Assembly (NCBI GenBank): GCA_047495785.1
Contig: JBLDXI010000003.1
Coordinates: forward strand, 2,108,001 to 2,172,000
Origin: Lepidodermella squamata
Taxonomy: Eukaryota; Animalia; Gastrotricha
Length of the DNA: 64,000 nucleotides
Reading direction: 5' to 3'
Part shown: piece by piece, positions 1 through 13,300 of the stretch
Numbering within the stretch: position 1 is the stretch's first letter
How the letters are laid out: every line of letters begins with the position of its first letter
The notes under the pieces: model-generated
The model's database searches: none
The model's input: the letters and a program-made list of their open reading frames with translations, nothing else
What the model was told of the DNA's origin: nothing
Position numbers and translations under genes: made by a program

Positions 1-130
1 AGCGATGATAGGCACAAATATATTGCTGCTTTGTGTTGTCATTTCGAATAATGAGCCGCGTGAAAACAATCGATATTTAACTTTCGATTTTATTATATCA
101 GCCGGCACTTGTGCACCCGATACAGAATAC
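1..130 (+). repeat. Dispersed repeat also present at ~19315-19440
   Basis: Shared GATAGGC.CAAAT...GCTTTGTGTTGTC...ATTTCGAATAATGAGCCGCGTGAAAACA.TCGATA...GATACAGAAT. Confidence 0.75.
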
Positions 131-1388
131 TACGAGAGCGTGCTACTTATGCTCGTAAACAAAGCTGGCATAATATATACGGATAAGTGAGGCGGAGATG
201 GAGCTTGAAATGCTGGTCCTTGCGTTATTAATTACTCTTGTTGATCTAGTAGAAGTTCAGCGATACAAAAGCAAGTTTTTTGTTGAAGCAGTCGATTCGT
301 CTACTTTCTACGGCACGAGTTTCATTTTCCAATGTTACAACATCACGCTTAGCTCGTTTCAGCCACGCGCCAATTTCGTTTAGCTTTTTCATTATTCATT
401 CACTGCGCAGATCTTAGATCGCTTTTAGTTCTAAAATTCTGTTGAGTTCGAGCTGTAATTCTTCTCAAACCGCGATTTTGCGGCCACTTATAGCCAGCGA
501 GTCTCAATTAGGCGTCCCATCTCTTGTTGCATTGCGTGCGGCAGGACGACTCTTTCGAAGCAAAATTAGCCTTAACCCTAAACCAAATAATAAATTAAAA
601 AAAATCTAAAAAATGTCTCGCTTCACTCGCTGATTTCAGTTTTAAATTTTCCAATACTTTCGATTTGACAAAAAAAATCACGACGAAAATCATGATATTG
701 AAATTAGGAATTCGATATGAGACCTGGGCGATTTCATTGTTCATAAATTTTTCATTCTAAAGTTGGTTTTGTCGCCAAGGTCAGAGGCCAGTCTCATGTT
801 TTTACTCCCGAGCATGGTAACCCTCAAAATAACCCAGCAATCCAACAAACAAATAACGCACCAATCTTCCGCTTAAAAGCTTGTAAGTGCGGCCGGAAAG
901 GTCGCCAGTTGGCCTCCATTTTGGCGCAATTTTGCGGCCGCAATTTTCAGCCACTATTTGGGGTTTTCCTACTTAGCCTCCCAGCTTATTAAAAAATTGG
1001 CAACAACAAAATTATAGAAGAATTCTCTCTCTATCGTATGCAAGTCCGGACTGCTTCCTCGTGATTTATGGCTAGGTAGTTTAATTGAAACCCACAGCAT
1101 CCAGTTCCTTAATTTCGGCCACGTTGACGTAGTAAAGCGTGAACCTGTGGTGTTTAAGTTAACGGAGCTTAAAATCTTCATTTTTGCGATCGCGGGATCG
1201 AAGCATCTTAAACAAGATTTGAAGCAGACAATGCACATTTCTTGAATTTCCTTGCCTTGAAACCTTTAGTGTCCAACTTTCGTCAGGCCGCTGAATTAGG
1301 AAATTAGCTGAAATTAGGGATTCCTTACTCTATTATACTTTGTGTTTACTTTATATTTCCAGGAGTTTATTGACTGCATTTCTTCGAT

Positions 1389-4300
1389 ATGGGAAATATT
1401 TTTTCCACCTGCCGCCGATCGAATGACGAAGAGTAAGTTTATTGCCGCAATAGAAATGCATCAAAATTACTTGTCTTAAATTAAGACACTGATGTTGTTA
1501 AATAAAAATCGCACGCAAACAGCATTTTTGTCACCAATTTCTTCACTCGAATCCCATTATAACAAAACAAAATGAAACTTTACCGAAGAACGCAGGGGCT
1601 ATGCTGGGATATAACTTGAACTTTCCGTATTTTTTCCCAAGTTGGGCTAAAACCGAGATTTTTCTGAAAACCCAATTACTCTAGGGCACTTTTCTAGAGT
1701 TTTCCTATATAATGTCTAATACCAATTGTAAAAAGTCCTTTTCGAATTTCAATGTGTCATCTGAATTGCGTTTTTATTCAAAAAAAACCCGCTTTTACAC
1801 TACGCCATTCGAATGGTAAAGGTTCGTTTTTCAACATGCCCTAACCTCGATTGTTCTCGATACTAACCATATTCAGGGAAACAGAGAATGAATTTTCGCA
1901 TGAAGTTAAAATTGTAAAATTAAGGTGGATATTTTACCCTCCTTTTCTCGTCTAGTTGAGTCTAATTGGGTCGAAAAATTGGAAGTTAACCTGAGATTTT
2001 TTCGGAGCCTTGCTTCAAATAAAATGGGGCCAAAATAAAAATAGGGTGCATAAAAGGGGTCGGTATACAGCCGATCATGATTCCAATGCCGCCAAGTAAC
2101 CCGCTCTACGACAGCTGGAGGGGCTAATTTCACGAGCGGGGCCGTCGTGTTAGAGATGCCTTTTCTCGTCATTTTCTAGATATCAGTGTGCGACTTTCAG
2201 GGGGGGGGGTGCGGGGGATCAACCCCCACCGACAAAAGAGAGACGACAAAATGAGAATTCATCCCCCTATTTCGTCAATTTTGAGATGTTCGGGAGCGTG
2301 TTTTAGTGACAAATCTTCAACATTTTCTCGCTTCGCTCGACTTTTCGCCAAAATAACTAGTAATTTTGGCAAATACAGCAAAAAATATTTTTACATCCCT
2401 GGCAGCTCGAGGATCCAAGATCGCGCCCTGCTTGATATTATGGGGCACCAATGAAAATCGAAAATGAAAATCTTCGACATAAATTAAAGTATTCAATTCT
2501 TGCAGTCTAGCTTATTGGCTTTATTTGACCCTAAATTCAATGGTTGTAGCAATGAATTTTTTCATCTATCGAATTAAAGCGTATTATCAATTATCAAGAA
2601 GCGGGAAATATTTATAAAATGAAATTTTTGATAGTCAAGCGCAGTTGAAATTTTCGAATTTCTTCATTGACGCCACTGAGAAAAATTCGGATATAATCGC
2701 TGAATGAAACCCGGATTTAAAGAGGAAGGGATGTTCGGATTCGGGGCGAATGTTCCGTCCGGCTGATTTACAGCAAAGGGCCCGGTCGGGTTCGGAGCAA
2801 ACAACCCGGTCGGATTCAGGACTACGGGGCCAGGTAGCCATGGTTGTGGTTCGGCTGGTGGTGGCGGAGGCGGTGCGTATTGTTGAGCTGGAATCTGCAT
2901 TAGAAGCAAAGCGGCGGCTTGCATTTGGCTGAGCTGAAGCTGCTGTCGGTTCAGCTCCTTTTGCTGCCGCATCATCTCGTTGTTTTGCCGTAACCTGCAT
3001 AGTATACACAAATCACATTATTTCCATATGGTAATCAAATAAATCGTCGGCCTTTTTTAAATATATCGAATTTTTACAAAAATTTGCGATATCTGTAACC
3101 AATATAATAGATATAGCGTCTATTTTTGCATTCACTTTTATAGAAAAAACTCTGAAAAATTATTAAAATCAAGGTGAATTCTGAATAATTTTCAAAAAAC
3201 GACTCGATTCTCATAAAAATTCTATATAAAATCAAATTTGAATTTTCATGTATTTTGAAAAAATTTCAATTTTTGTATTCAAAAATTATACCTTTCTTCT
3301 TTAATTTTAATTCGGCGCTCCTCCTGCTCGATTTTAGCTTGCTCCAACTTGAAGCGGTTTTGTTTTTCACGAACACTTTCGCGTTCGATTTCGAGCATTT
3401 CCTTTGCTCCTCCGCGATTTGCGACTAAGATAGTCTTTCCTCGTTTTCAAGCGCGGCCTGGCTGGATCATCACAGCTAGCTGTAGAAGTTGACGCAGTCG
3501 ATTTCGCGGCAGCTGTAAGACTGATATTTGAGCCGGCCGTGGCTGTCGCGACTTCCAACGTTTGCCGCTTTGAAGTTCCTCCGCCGGAAAGCGATCTTCC
3601 GCGCTTGAACGGTGGCTCACGTAAACTGGGTGGTTCAACCAATTCCTCTTTGATTTCCAGATTGTCAGGATCTAGAACATTCTATGTTCTGGAACCTTCC
3701 ATGCTCTGGAAACTTCCTGTTCTGGAACCTTCTATGTTCCAGATTATTCCATGGACATATATAAACATCTTTGTTTCTGTATTGATCCAGTTTGTATTAT
3801 TACATTTTCTCGTTATCAATAAAGGCAATACTTGGCGATAGCTTCTTGTTTTCACTCCGCTCCTTACACAGATCTGGATCAACATTTATAACTCCGGAGT
3901 CACGCCGAATCTTGGGTGGGAGGCAAGCGGGCGATTTACCCCGGATATCTTTCAGGCGCTCGTAATTCCTCATTGTCGAGGCTTCTTCTCCAGTCGCCTT
4001 CATTCTCGCCTCTTCTCTCTTATATTCTTCCTTCAACCGATAATTCGCAGTTAGGAATTATTTCTTGATGCACCAAAAGAATTGGTGAACCCTGGGCGAT
4101 ATTTAATCGGTCAATATATAATTTTACAGCAATTTTGTGTGGAAAAGCTGCCCAGAAATACCATGAAAAATAACTAAAAATATACCCCAAAATTGGCATC
4201 TCGACATATATTCCCAACGCGAGAAGCCGAATTCAAGAAGATGAAATTCGGTAGAAAACATTCAGAGACACGCTTTGCGGAATCACGCGAAATTTGCGGA

Positions 4301-7300
4301 ATTTTGATGATAATTTTATATTATTTGACCAGGCAATGAATAAAGCTCAGACATCCTATCCTGTTGACGGAAAATTCATCAGGTTGTAAATGACTCGTAA
4401 AAAGTAAAAATACCCACATTATCTGGTATTAATTCTTTTTAGTTCTCTCAAAATCACGATAAAAGCGTGAAAATAAACAAAACAAGCTAATCCGTGTTGT
4501 TCAACAATAAAATTATTACCATCAATTACCATCATTTACCATTCGCATATTAGTTGTGTAAAAGGGGCTATACCCTGTCTTCCGTATATTATATAATGTT
4601 ATTTATTGCCTTTCCAGAGCTGAGATGGCCGCGAACGTCAGCAAAGCCCAAGAAACTATGTGAGTTTCACTATTTTATTGTCTTACTATTTTTAAAAGCA
4701 CTTGATGCAGTCACACACCCTTCGACTTTATTCCCGAACTGGAATAATAAATACCTAACAATGGTTAATATGATTTATTGCGTTTTCAGAACGATGATGG
4801 CTGCGAACGTGACCCAGGCGCGTGTAAACATGTAAGTCTCACTATTTTATTGTCTTACTATTTTTAAAGTCACTTGATACAATCGCACACCCCTCGATTT
4901 CTTTCCCGAAAAAGAACAATCAATAACCAATTCTAGTTAATATGACTTCTTGCGTTTTCAGGGCTGATATGGCCAACGACGTCAGCCAAGGTCGTCAGAC
5001 TGTGTAAGTTTCATTATTCCTTCCTCTTATTATTATGAAAAGCACTTGATGCAATCACACACCCCTCAATTTCATTCCTGAAAGGGAACAATAAATACCT
5101 AACAATGGTTAATATGATTTATTGCGTTTTCAGAACGATGATGGCTGCGAACGTGACCCAGGCGCGTGTAAACATGTAAGTCTCACTATTTTATTGTCTT
5201 ACTATTTTTAAAGTCACTTGATACAATCGCACACCCCTCGATTTCTTTCCCGAAAAAGAACAATCAATAACCAATTCTAGTTAATATGACTTCTTGCGTT
5301 TTCAGGGCTGATATGGCCAACGACGTCAGCCAAGGTCGTCAGACTGTGTAAGTTTCATTATTCCTTCCTCTTATTATTATGAAAAGCACTTGATGCAATC
5401 ACACACCCCTCAATTTCATTCCTGAAAGGGAACAATAAATACCTAACAATGGTTAATATGATTTATTGCGTTTTCAGAACGATGATGGCTGCGAACGTGA
5501 CCCAGGCGCGTGTAGACTTGTAAGTTTCACTATTTTATTGTCTTACTATTTTTAAAAGCACTTGATGCAATCGCACACCCCTCGATTTCTTTCCCGAAAA
5601 AAACAATCAATAACCAATTCTAGTTAATATGACTTCTTGCGTTTTCAGGGCTGCGATGGCCGCGCACGTCAGCCAAGATATGTGAGTTTCACTATTTTAC
5701 TGTCTCACTATTGTAAAAAGCACTTGATGCAATCGCACATCCCTCGATTTCTTTCCCAAAAAAAACAATCAATAACCAATTCTAGTTAATATGACTTCTT
5801 GCGTTTTCAGGGCTGCGATGGCCGCGCACGTCAGCCAAGAAATTATGTGAGTTTCACTATTTTATTGTCTCACTATTGTAAAAAGCACTTGATGCAATCG
5901 CACATCCATCGATTTCTTTCCCAAAAAAAAGCAATCAATAACCAATTCTAGTTAATATGACTTCTTGCGTTTTCAGGGCTGCGATGGCCGCGCACGTCAG
6001 CCAAGAAATTATGTGAGTTTCACTATTTTATTGTCTTACTATTTTCAACTTAGCATCCCGCATCAACTGCGGGACGGTGCGGGATGCCTCGCGTTCACTT
6101 AATCCCGCGCTTCGTCTCGCGCCTCCCGCAGTTCATCCCGCACATCCCGCTGCTCATCCCGCAGTGTCATCCCGCACTTAGAGCGTTTTAAATAAATAAA
6201 AATCGGACGCTAGCGGGAATCGAACCAGTGACTGCAATACCCAAACGCGCTCACTAATCGATTGCGCCACCGGTCGATTCACATTAACACATTCAGAACG
6301 GCGATACTTATATCGCGCTGAAATTACGTGAAATTACGTGAAATTACGTTTGTACAGAATTTCGAGGGGTATTGATTCATACAGAATCCGCCGATATAAG
6401 ATTAATGACCGGCGATACTTGGTTCGCGCTGAAATTGCGTGCAAAGTCATGACGGCATGATTATTATATTTTATTAACAGAGGCTCGAGTGCGTTGATTC
6501 ATATGTTCAAGCTTGACGGCTTGACGGGTCGGATAATCGGATAAGTAAAGACTTCATCCCGCAGGTCATCCCGCACTTGGGCGGAAAGCTGCCGGGATGT
6601 ACCCCGCACATGCTGCGGGTTGTATCCCGCACATACCGTTCGTGGCGCGGAAGAACCAGCACTTTAGGCAAAAAAACTCGTGTACACAAGAGTACAGTAT
6701 ATTTATTCTGTACAAACTGGTACAGTTTTGATGGCCGTAAATGTCAGTACAGCTCATTCGACTGTAGATTGAGTACAGTTGACCAGGCTGTATATTAGAT
6801 GTACAGCGTTTCATTCCTGTATCATGGCGTACAGCTCATTGAGCTGTACGCCCAAGTACAGTCGAATGCAACGTACATGCTGAGTACAGGAGTGACAGCC
6901 GTAATGACTGTGTACGGTTCGTCTAAACCGTACACGAGAGTACAGGAGATTCATTTTTATAACGTAGTCGATGGAAGTTACGGCCCGCAAACCCACTCAC
7001 AATTAGATTGACGATTTTGGTGAAAGAGTGAGAATCGGACGAATGTGCAGGTAATTAATTATTCGACGCGACGATTGCGACGCGACGATAGACGCGACGA
7101 TAGACGCGACTTCCATGTTTCGTTGCTCACATAAGAAACTTGACAAATGATTTCAACCTCTACTCCACCTTCTCAGACAAATGAAAATTGGGCGTTGAGC
7201 AATAACGATTATAAGTAAGTTGTTTCCTTTTCAAACTCCTGTGAATAAAAAGTAGGACCGAAGTCACTTGTCACGTCTAATATTCGATAAATAAGTCATC

Positions 7301-10300
7301 GTTTTTGATGGTAATAAAGCGCATTTTTAGCAGAAAGAGCAACTCGTGTCAAAATAAGGAATATAATCACACTTCATATTTCCTTCATGGTGACGATATA
7401 TCCTATTTTTTCTTCACAGCCCGTTGCCGATATTACCATTGCAAACGATTGTTCACATTTTTCGTGATTTTAGGTAAATTTTCTGAAATGACTGACTCAA
7501 TAGTAAAAGTGACTATCGGCGAGTCAAAGTGGGCACGTTGCGTTAGAATGAATAGTTCCGCGGAGAACCCTTTAGTATTTTTAAAAACGAAAATCTACCC
7601 CGTCTTCCGCAACATCTTTAAAGCTGACGACTATGGCCTTTTTTGGCATGATGGTGATCATTTCGTCATCATTGATGACGATGATGACCTCCTGCTAGCG
7701 TTTCACTTGAATCCAGAGCGCCTTCATATATCAGTCTTTTTTGGACGCTATCTCGAGGACCTAATGACGCTACAGCCATCTTTGTCGCAAAAGGTCGAGG
7801 ACTTGACGAGAATGATTTCAGGTATTTGTGAATATTTTTATCGAATATATCCTAGGTGGAAGTTCCTCTGATTTTCAAATTTTATGCTCAAAAGGAGAAA
7901 GTTTTCAGGACAGATCTTCCTAGTTTAGGTTAAATGTAAGCTGAATTGCTGGAAAAATCGCAAATTTATCCCAGTTTTTCGCAGCGCTAGGGTTCAGATT
8001 GTTTATGCATATTTCTTTAATTAAATGTCTCTAATTTTGCATAAGAATTACAAACCGAACCTAAGCCGTCGCCGGCCCAGACGCCTTTCAATGCGCCACC
8101 TCTGAGTTTAGGTGCGTCACAGTCTCACCTACCCATTGTCACCGGTACCAGTGGCTCCAGAGCGGCACCGCAGACAGTTGTTGATCGGACTGGGTCACTT
8201 TACGACAAAGTCAAGGAAGTCCCGCTCCTAAAGGCGGTTGCTAGGACAATGGATGAGCGCCGGGACCTTGGGGAGCCAGGCTACGTCAGGTCAACAACTG
8301 AGCACTTCCACCAAATACTCAAGGAGATGGGTACTTGCTTCGAAGAGTCCTTTGGGGGACGTACCGTCACTAATGTGATGAGCAAAATGAACCAATACAG
8401 GGTAAGGCAGTCCTAGTCTTGCTGAAGGCGTGGTTGCGAGTTTTTTTGAGGTTTTAAAATGGAATGAGGTGGAAATTACTTTAAATCTTCTTTTATATAA
8501 CCAATTTCTTAGAGGTTTTAAAATATCGAGATGGCCGCCATGGAACTTGATGAAACTACTGCTGAGTCTGAGTTGCGCCTAACGCGAAGCGAATGGCTTG
8601 AGTTGGAAAAATCTAAGAAAAAAACATCTAGAAGCTTGAGAGTCAAAGGCCAACGACGAGTTATGGGTAAATTTGTTGGGAAAAAACCTCATCGAATCGG
8701 TTTTCGCCGAAAGTGCCGCTTGTGCGATAAAACATTTTTCGATTCATCCGGTTTGAAAAAACATTTACAATTGTATTGCAAAAAAACAGGCAGCTTAGCT
8801 CTTACTGAGAAGGAAATTGAAGAATTGATTTATTGGTCAAAAAAAAATTATTTTGTCAAACAAAATGAGGCACCCAAGAGGCGATCTAGTATGAAAAATT
8901 AGCCGATGAGAACTAAAAATGATGCATATTGAACTTGATTATTGTTTATCTTTAGGACTTTATTTTGTCTACCTTAATAATGTCGAGCAATTCTCATTCT
9001 GATGTTAGCGCGACTTGCTCGTCGTGCTTGGGCTCTGCTGTTGGCAATGTATTGAGCAGAATGCTGGACAACCTCTCAGTTGTTTCCGCAACGTCAACGC
9101 CTTCTCAAATGTCGAATATTTCAGAAATTTCGAATGCTGACTATTTGCCTTCATTCATTTGGCCGAAAACTGAAGAAAGTGACGCGACCCTAGACTCTTC
9201 CTCCGATATAGCTAGAAACTTGAAACCCGGTGAGCCAGATCGAAACGTCCTGTTTCCACCGCTTCGGCCATTTTTATTTTATCATTGCAAGTGCCCAAAT
9301 CGTTGTAAAGACTATTTTCCTCAGCAAAATGTCCGCCGGCTATATGACGCTTTTCAAAACAGCAATTTAGATGACCGGCGCAGCTTCATAATTCGCCAAG
9401 TAATACCTCGACGTGGTCCTTCGAAACACCACACTTTTCAATTCGATGGCGCGTTTTCGAACAAGGCTTCGGCCGGCAACATTCGCGTGTGTTCGAAGTT
9501 TTTCCACAGCGCCCTTGGCCTTTCCCCGCGCAACTTCGTCGAGTGGACTTTAAAGAATAAAATTGGCGATCTAGGTTTCGCCAAGCCGGATGAACGAGGT
9601 TGTCAGCCCAATCCTAACGCAATCTCAAACGAACAGTTTGATCACTGCTGCAGGTAATTCCTTCCGGTCGATTTATGAAAACATTTATTTGCAAATTATT
9701 ACAGATTCATTGATAGCTATGAGCGTGCACCCGGTCATTATGTCCGAAAAAATTCCAGAAAAGTTTATATCCAAGGAGACATAACGCAGCGAGAAATGTT
9801 CGATGCATATTTGAGGCACTTTTCAACTCTCTCAGCGGGCCTATACCCACTTGGCTTCTCTTCCTTCAAACGGGTTTTACGCGAAGCCTACCCCGAACTG
9901 TCTTTGAAATTAACCAAGAAAGACAAGTGTTGCAAATGCAGAAAATTTAGATTGCGGCTACGCGAAAACAGAGTTGACGAGAGGCGCAAATCTATCTTCC
10001 AGGTGCATTTATACATGAAGAACGCTGCTAGGCGAGCTTGCAAGGCCGATACGAAAATGGCCCAAGAGAAATCGGAGGTTGTCGTGATACAGCTAGACTA
10101 TGAAAAAGCATTGTTAAGCCCGGCTATTTCCGATGCAAACTATCACTACAGGAAAATGAAAACTTGGAATTGCGGTATTTTTGCGATGTTTATATATATT
10201 TTAAATATATATTATATCTGTTGCAGTGATTTATGAAATGGTGTCTAAGAATGCGTTTTGCTTCATGTCCGATGACATTGACCTTGAACACCCTGACGGT

Positions 10301-13300
10301 AGCTCCGCTGGATCTGCGTTATATGCCTATATAACCAAGTATTTACCGGTTCACCATCCGAACTGCCGTACGCTGATCATATATAGTGACAACGGCACAG
10401 GGAACCACAGCAGCTACTTCGCAAACGCCATCATGTTCGCATTGGAAAACACAACGTCACAGCTCCAATCGGTCCATCACAAATTTTTCCAAGCTAATCA
10501 TACAATGATGGTCGTTGACCATTGTCATTCGTAATTTATGAATAGAAAATTGGCCGTTTTTCAACTTTTCAATTTTGTCAGATTGATTGAGCGAAGAGGC
10601 AGCCGGCATTCCATCAATTTCCCTACAGACTGGCGAGAAGTCGCCCGAATTTGTCGCCCTGAACAACCATTTTTCATTCACGATTTGTCTTGGGATGAGC
10701 TCCTGGATTTCCACGGCGAGCCAAGCTTCACATCAAAGCTTCGGAAGCCAAAAAACTGGAGAATGAGCAACAACCTCAACTGTGACCTTTTCGGGATTGG
10801 AACCAAGCCTAGCACAAAAAGCGATTATTTACCATGGTCGGAAGGCGTTTGGTTCAGATATCGAAAGGGGACGAAAGCTGTCTTTGTTCGAGACGGCTAC
10901 GAAGCGAAATGGCCTTGGAAGATGTACAGTCTATCGAAAAATTCGCTCAAAAAAGTACCAGTAGGAATTCCCCCGAAACTGAGAAAGTCCCCTCTTCCAC
11001 TCCCTTACCCTTTGATGGCTGACATGCTTGAGATGCTGAAGAACGAAATTATACCGAGGTCATATACCGAGAAGATTCTTGATCTTCCTTATCAGCCGTG
11101 GAATGGCAAACAATCCGACAAGCGTGCAATATTTGAGAGCTTCAATGTTAGAAAAAATTCAGTGCCTTATGATTCAGATTTTGATGATTGAATAAAAGAT
11201 ACCTAATTTCTATATTTGTATGATATAACATGAGTAGGAATCTATATTTGAGTGAAGCACGAAATATAGATCGAGTAAAGCGAATGAAACGAGTGAAATC
11301 GAGGCGGAGCGAGCCGGTAGGCGAGCGGAGACGAGATTTCACGAGGTGAATTAGTCGAACCTAATCACTAATCAGTCAATCAAATTACGTAATAGATAAA
11401 ACCGCCGAATAACCACTATACTTTGCGTTCACTTGCTGACGAAATATCGCGAAAAATGGGAATTTAAATTTGAGTAAACATTTGGATCGAAAATAATTGG
11501 TGGCATCCGCTAAGCTATAAGTCTAAGGTCTTCGCATCTGCAACTGCAGGGATCTGAAGCTGAACTGAAGGGATCTGAAGCTGAAAACTGCTATCCCGAT
11601 CAAGATAAATAAACTTTACCAAAGAATACGGCACAGACCATATACCGTACTTGAAGTGCGACATCGTCTTCTGTATTTCGCATGTACACTATCTTCTCTC
11701 CTGTACTTGAAGTACAGTATCTCTCCTGTACTTGAAGTACAGTATCTCTCCTGTACTTGAAGTACAGTATCTCTCCTGTACTATAAGTACAGTATTTGAG
11801 CCGTATGCATGAGTACTGCCCGATCACTACAGTACTAAGCAGTACGGTCAGGCGTGCCGTACTGGGGTGTACAGCTAATTTCAGCTGTACAGCGAGTACA
11901 GCGCGCCGACTGTACTTTATTTTACAGTCGGTTTGAGCAGTACTGCTGTTTTACAGAGCCATGGACTGTACATTTCGGTACTGCTGAACAAAAAAAATAA
12001 GGAAAGTGCTGGTTCTTCCGCGACACGAACGATACGTCCCGCAGTTCATCTCGCAAGTGTCCGGCAGCTTTCCGCCCAAGTGCGGGATGACCTGCGGGAT
12101 GAAGTGCGGGATGAAGTCTTTACTTATCCGATTATCCGACCCGTCAAGCCGTCAAAGTTATATTTAAAAGATCTTGATGCAGTCACTTACCCTTCGATTT
12201 TATTCCTGAAATGGAACAATAAATAACTGACACTGGTAAATATGATTTATTGCGTTTTCAGAACGATGATGGCTGCGCACGTGGCCCAGGCGCGAGAAGA
12301 ATTGTAAGTTTCATTATTTCATTTTCATACTATTTTTAAAAGCACTTGATGCAATTTCACACCCCTTGATTTCTTTCCCGGAAAAGAACAATCAAAACTA
12401 ATAATAGTTAATATGATTTTTGCGTTTTCAGAACGATGATGGCCGCGCTCAGGAGCCAGGCGCGTCAAGACGTGTAAGTTTCATTATTTTATTGTCTTAC
12501 AATTTTTAAAAGCACTTGATGCAATCGCACATCCTTCGATTTATTTCCCGAGAAAGAACAATCAATAACTAATACTAGCAATCAATACTAATACTAGTTT
12601 ATATGATTTTATGCGTTTTCAGGGCTGCGATGGCGGCGCTCCTCAGCCAAGCTCAACGTGATTTGTAAGTTTCATTATTCCATTGCCTTGCTATTTTTAC
12701 AGAACTTGATGCAATCACACACCCCTCGATTTCATTCTGGAATCCAGATATGAATGAATTACGAGTGCTATATTGTAAAATATTGCATGAGCATGGGTAC
12801 TGACTCTATTTTTTTGAGCGAATGCTATATTTTACGGTAACTCCATCTTGCCATTGTTCTCTAGTTGCGGTAAATAGTTTACCTTTAACGGAATTACACT
12901 TCTACGATCGACACTAAAGCGTAAAATACTCCCGTGCGATAAAATCAATTTTTCTGCGGCAAGTTCCACTCATACTACAGGGTGTTTCAGAACTTGCGCA
13001 CTAGAATAACCTGCGGCAAATGGTTGCCTTGGTATCCAGAGTAAACGTGCGCGCGCTGCGCATACATTCCGCGCACATATGTTTATATTTTTGCATAGTA
13101 TAAGGCGCGGCTAGCGCAAACGGTAATGCGTGTAATGCGTATATGCTATGTAGTTGGCGTTATACGTCCCATATGGCGTGCAAGCGGTATGCGCGCATTA
13201 TAAAATGCGCAAATCGAACTCGTATATACCGTAACGCTGCTGCAGTAATGGGGATATCGCTAGGAAATAAGACTTGCTCTTGCAAAATATCTGGAACTTT

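Larger units (their letters stand above)
6513..12155 (+). mobile_element. DNA transposon with ~150-bp TIRs, Sola-like, inserted into the micro-exon array
   Basis: TTGACGGCTTGACGGGTCGGATAATCGGATAAGTAAAGACTTCATCCCGC...GGAAGAACCAGCACTTT (6513-6665) is the reverse complement of 12003-12155. The element encodes a DDD transposase. A further foreign block at 6047-6512 abuts the left end, and the TSD could not be resolved. Confidence 0.85.

Noticed and set aside
4333-4382. Alternative first exon MNKAQTSYPVDGKFI ending in phase 2
   Set aside because: The donor GTTGTA is weak compared with GTAAGT at 1433. It is kept only as a possible alternative start.
4554-4835. ORF-track ORFs crossing the repeat (also 13807-13995 and 14148-14339)
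   Set aside because: They are read-through of intron sequence. Only the 42-nt exon portions are plausibly coding.
4560-6046. Regularly spaced conserved repeats with variable ~40-nt inserts, superficially like a CRISPR array
   Set aside because: The units are ~172 bp, the variable parts are homologous to each other and bounded by spliceosomal AG/GT signals, there are no cas genes, and the context is eukaryotic.
6205-6275. Functional tRNA gene
   Set aside because: A and B boxes are present, but the acceptor and anticodon stems do not pair properly. It is listed only as a tRNA-derived remnant.
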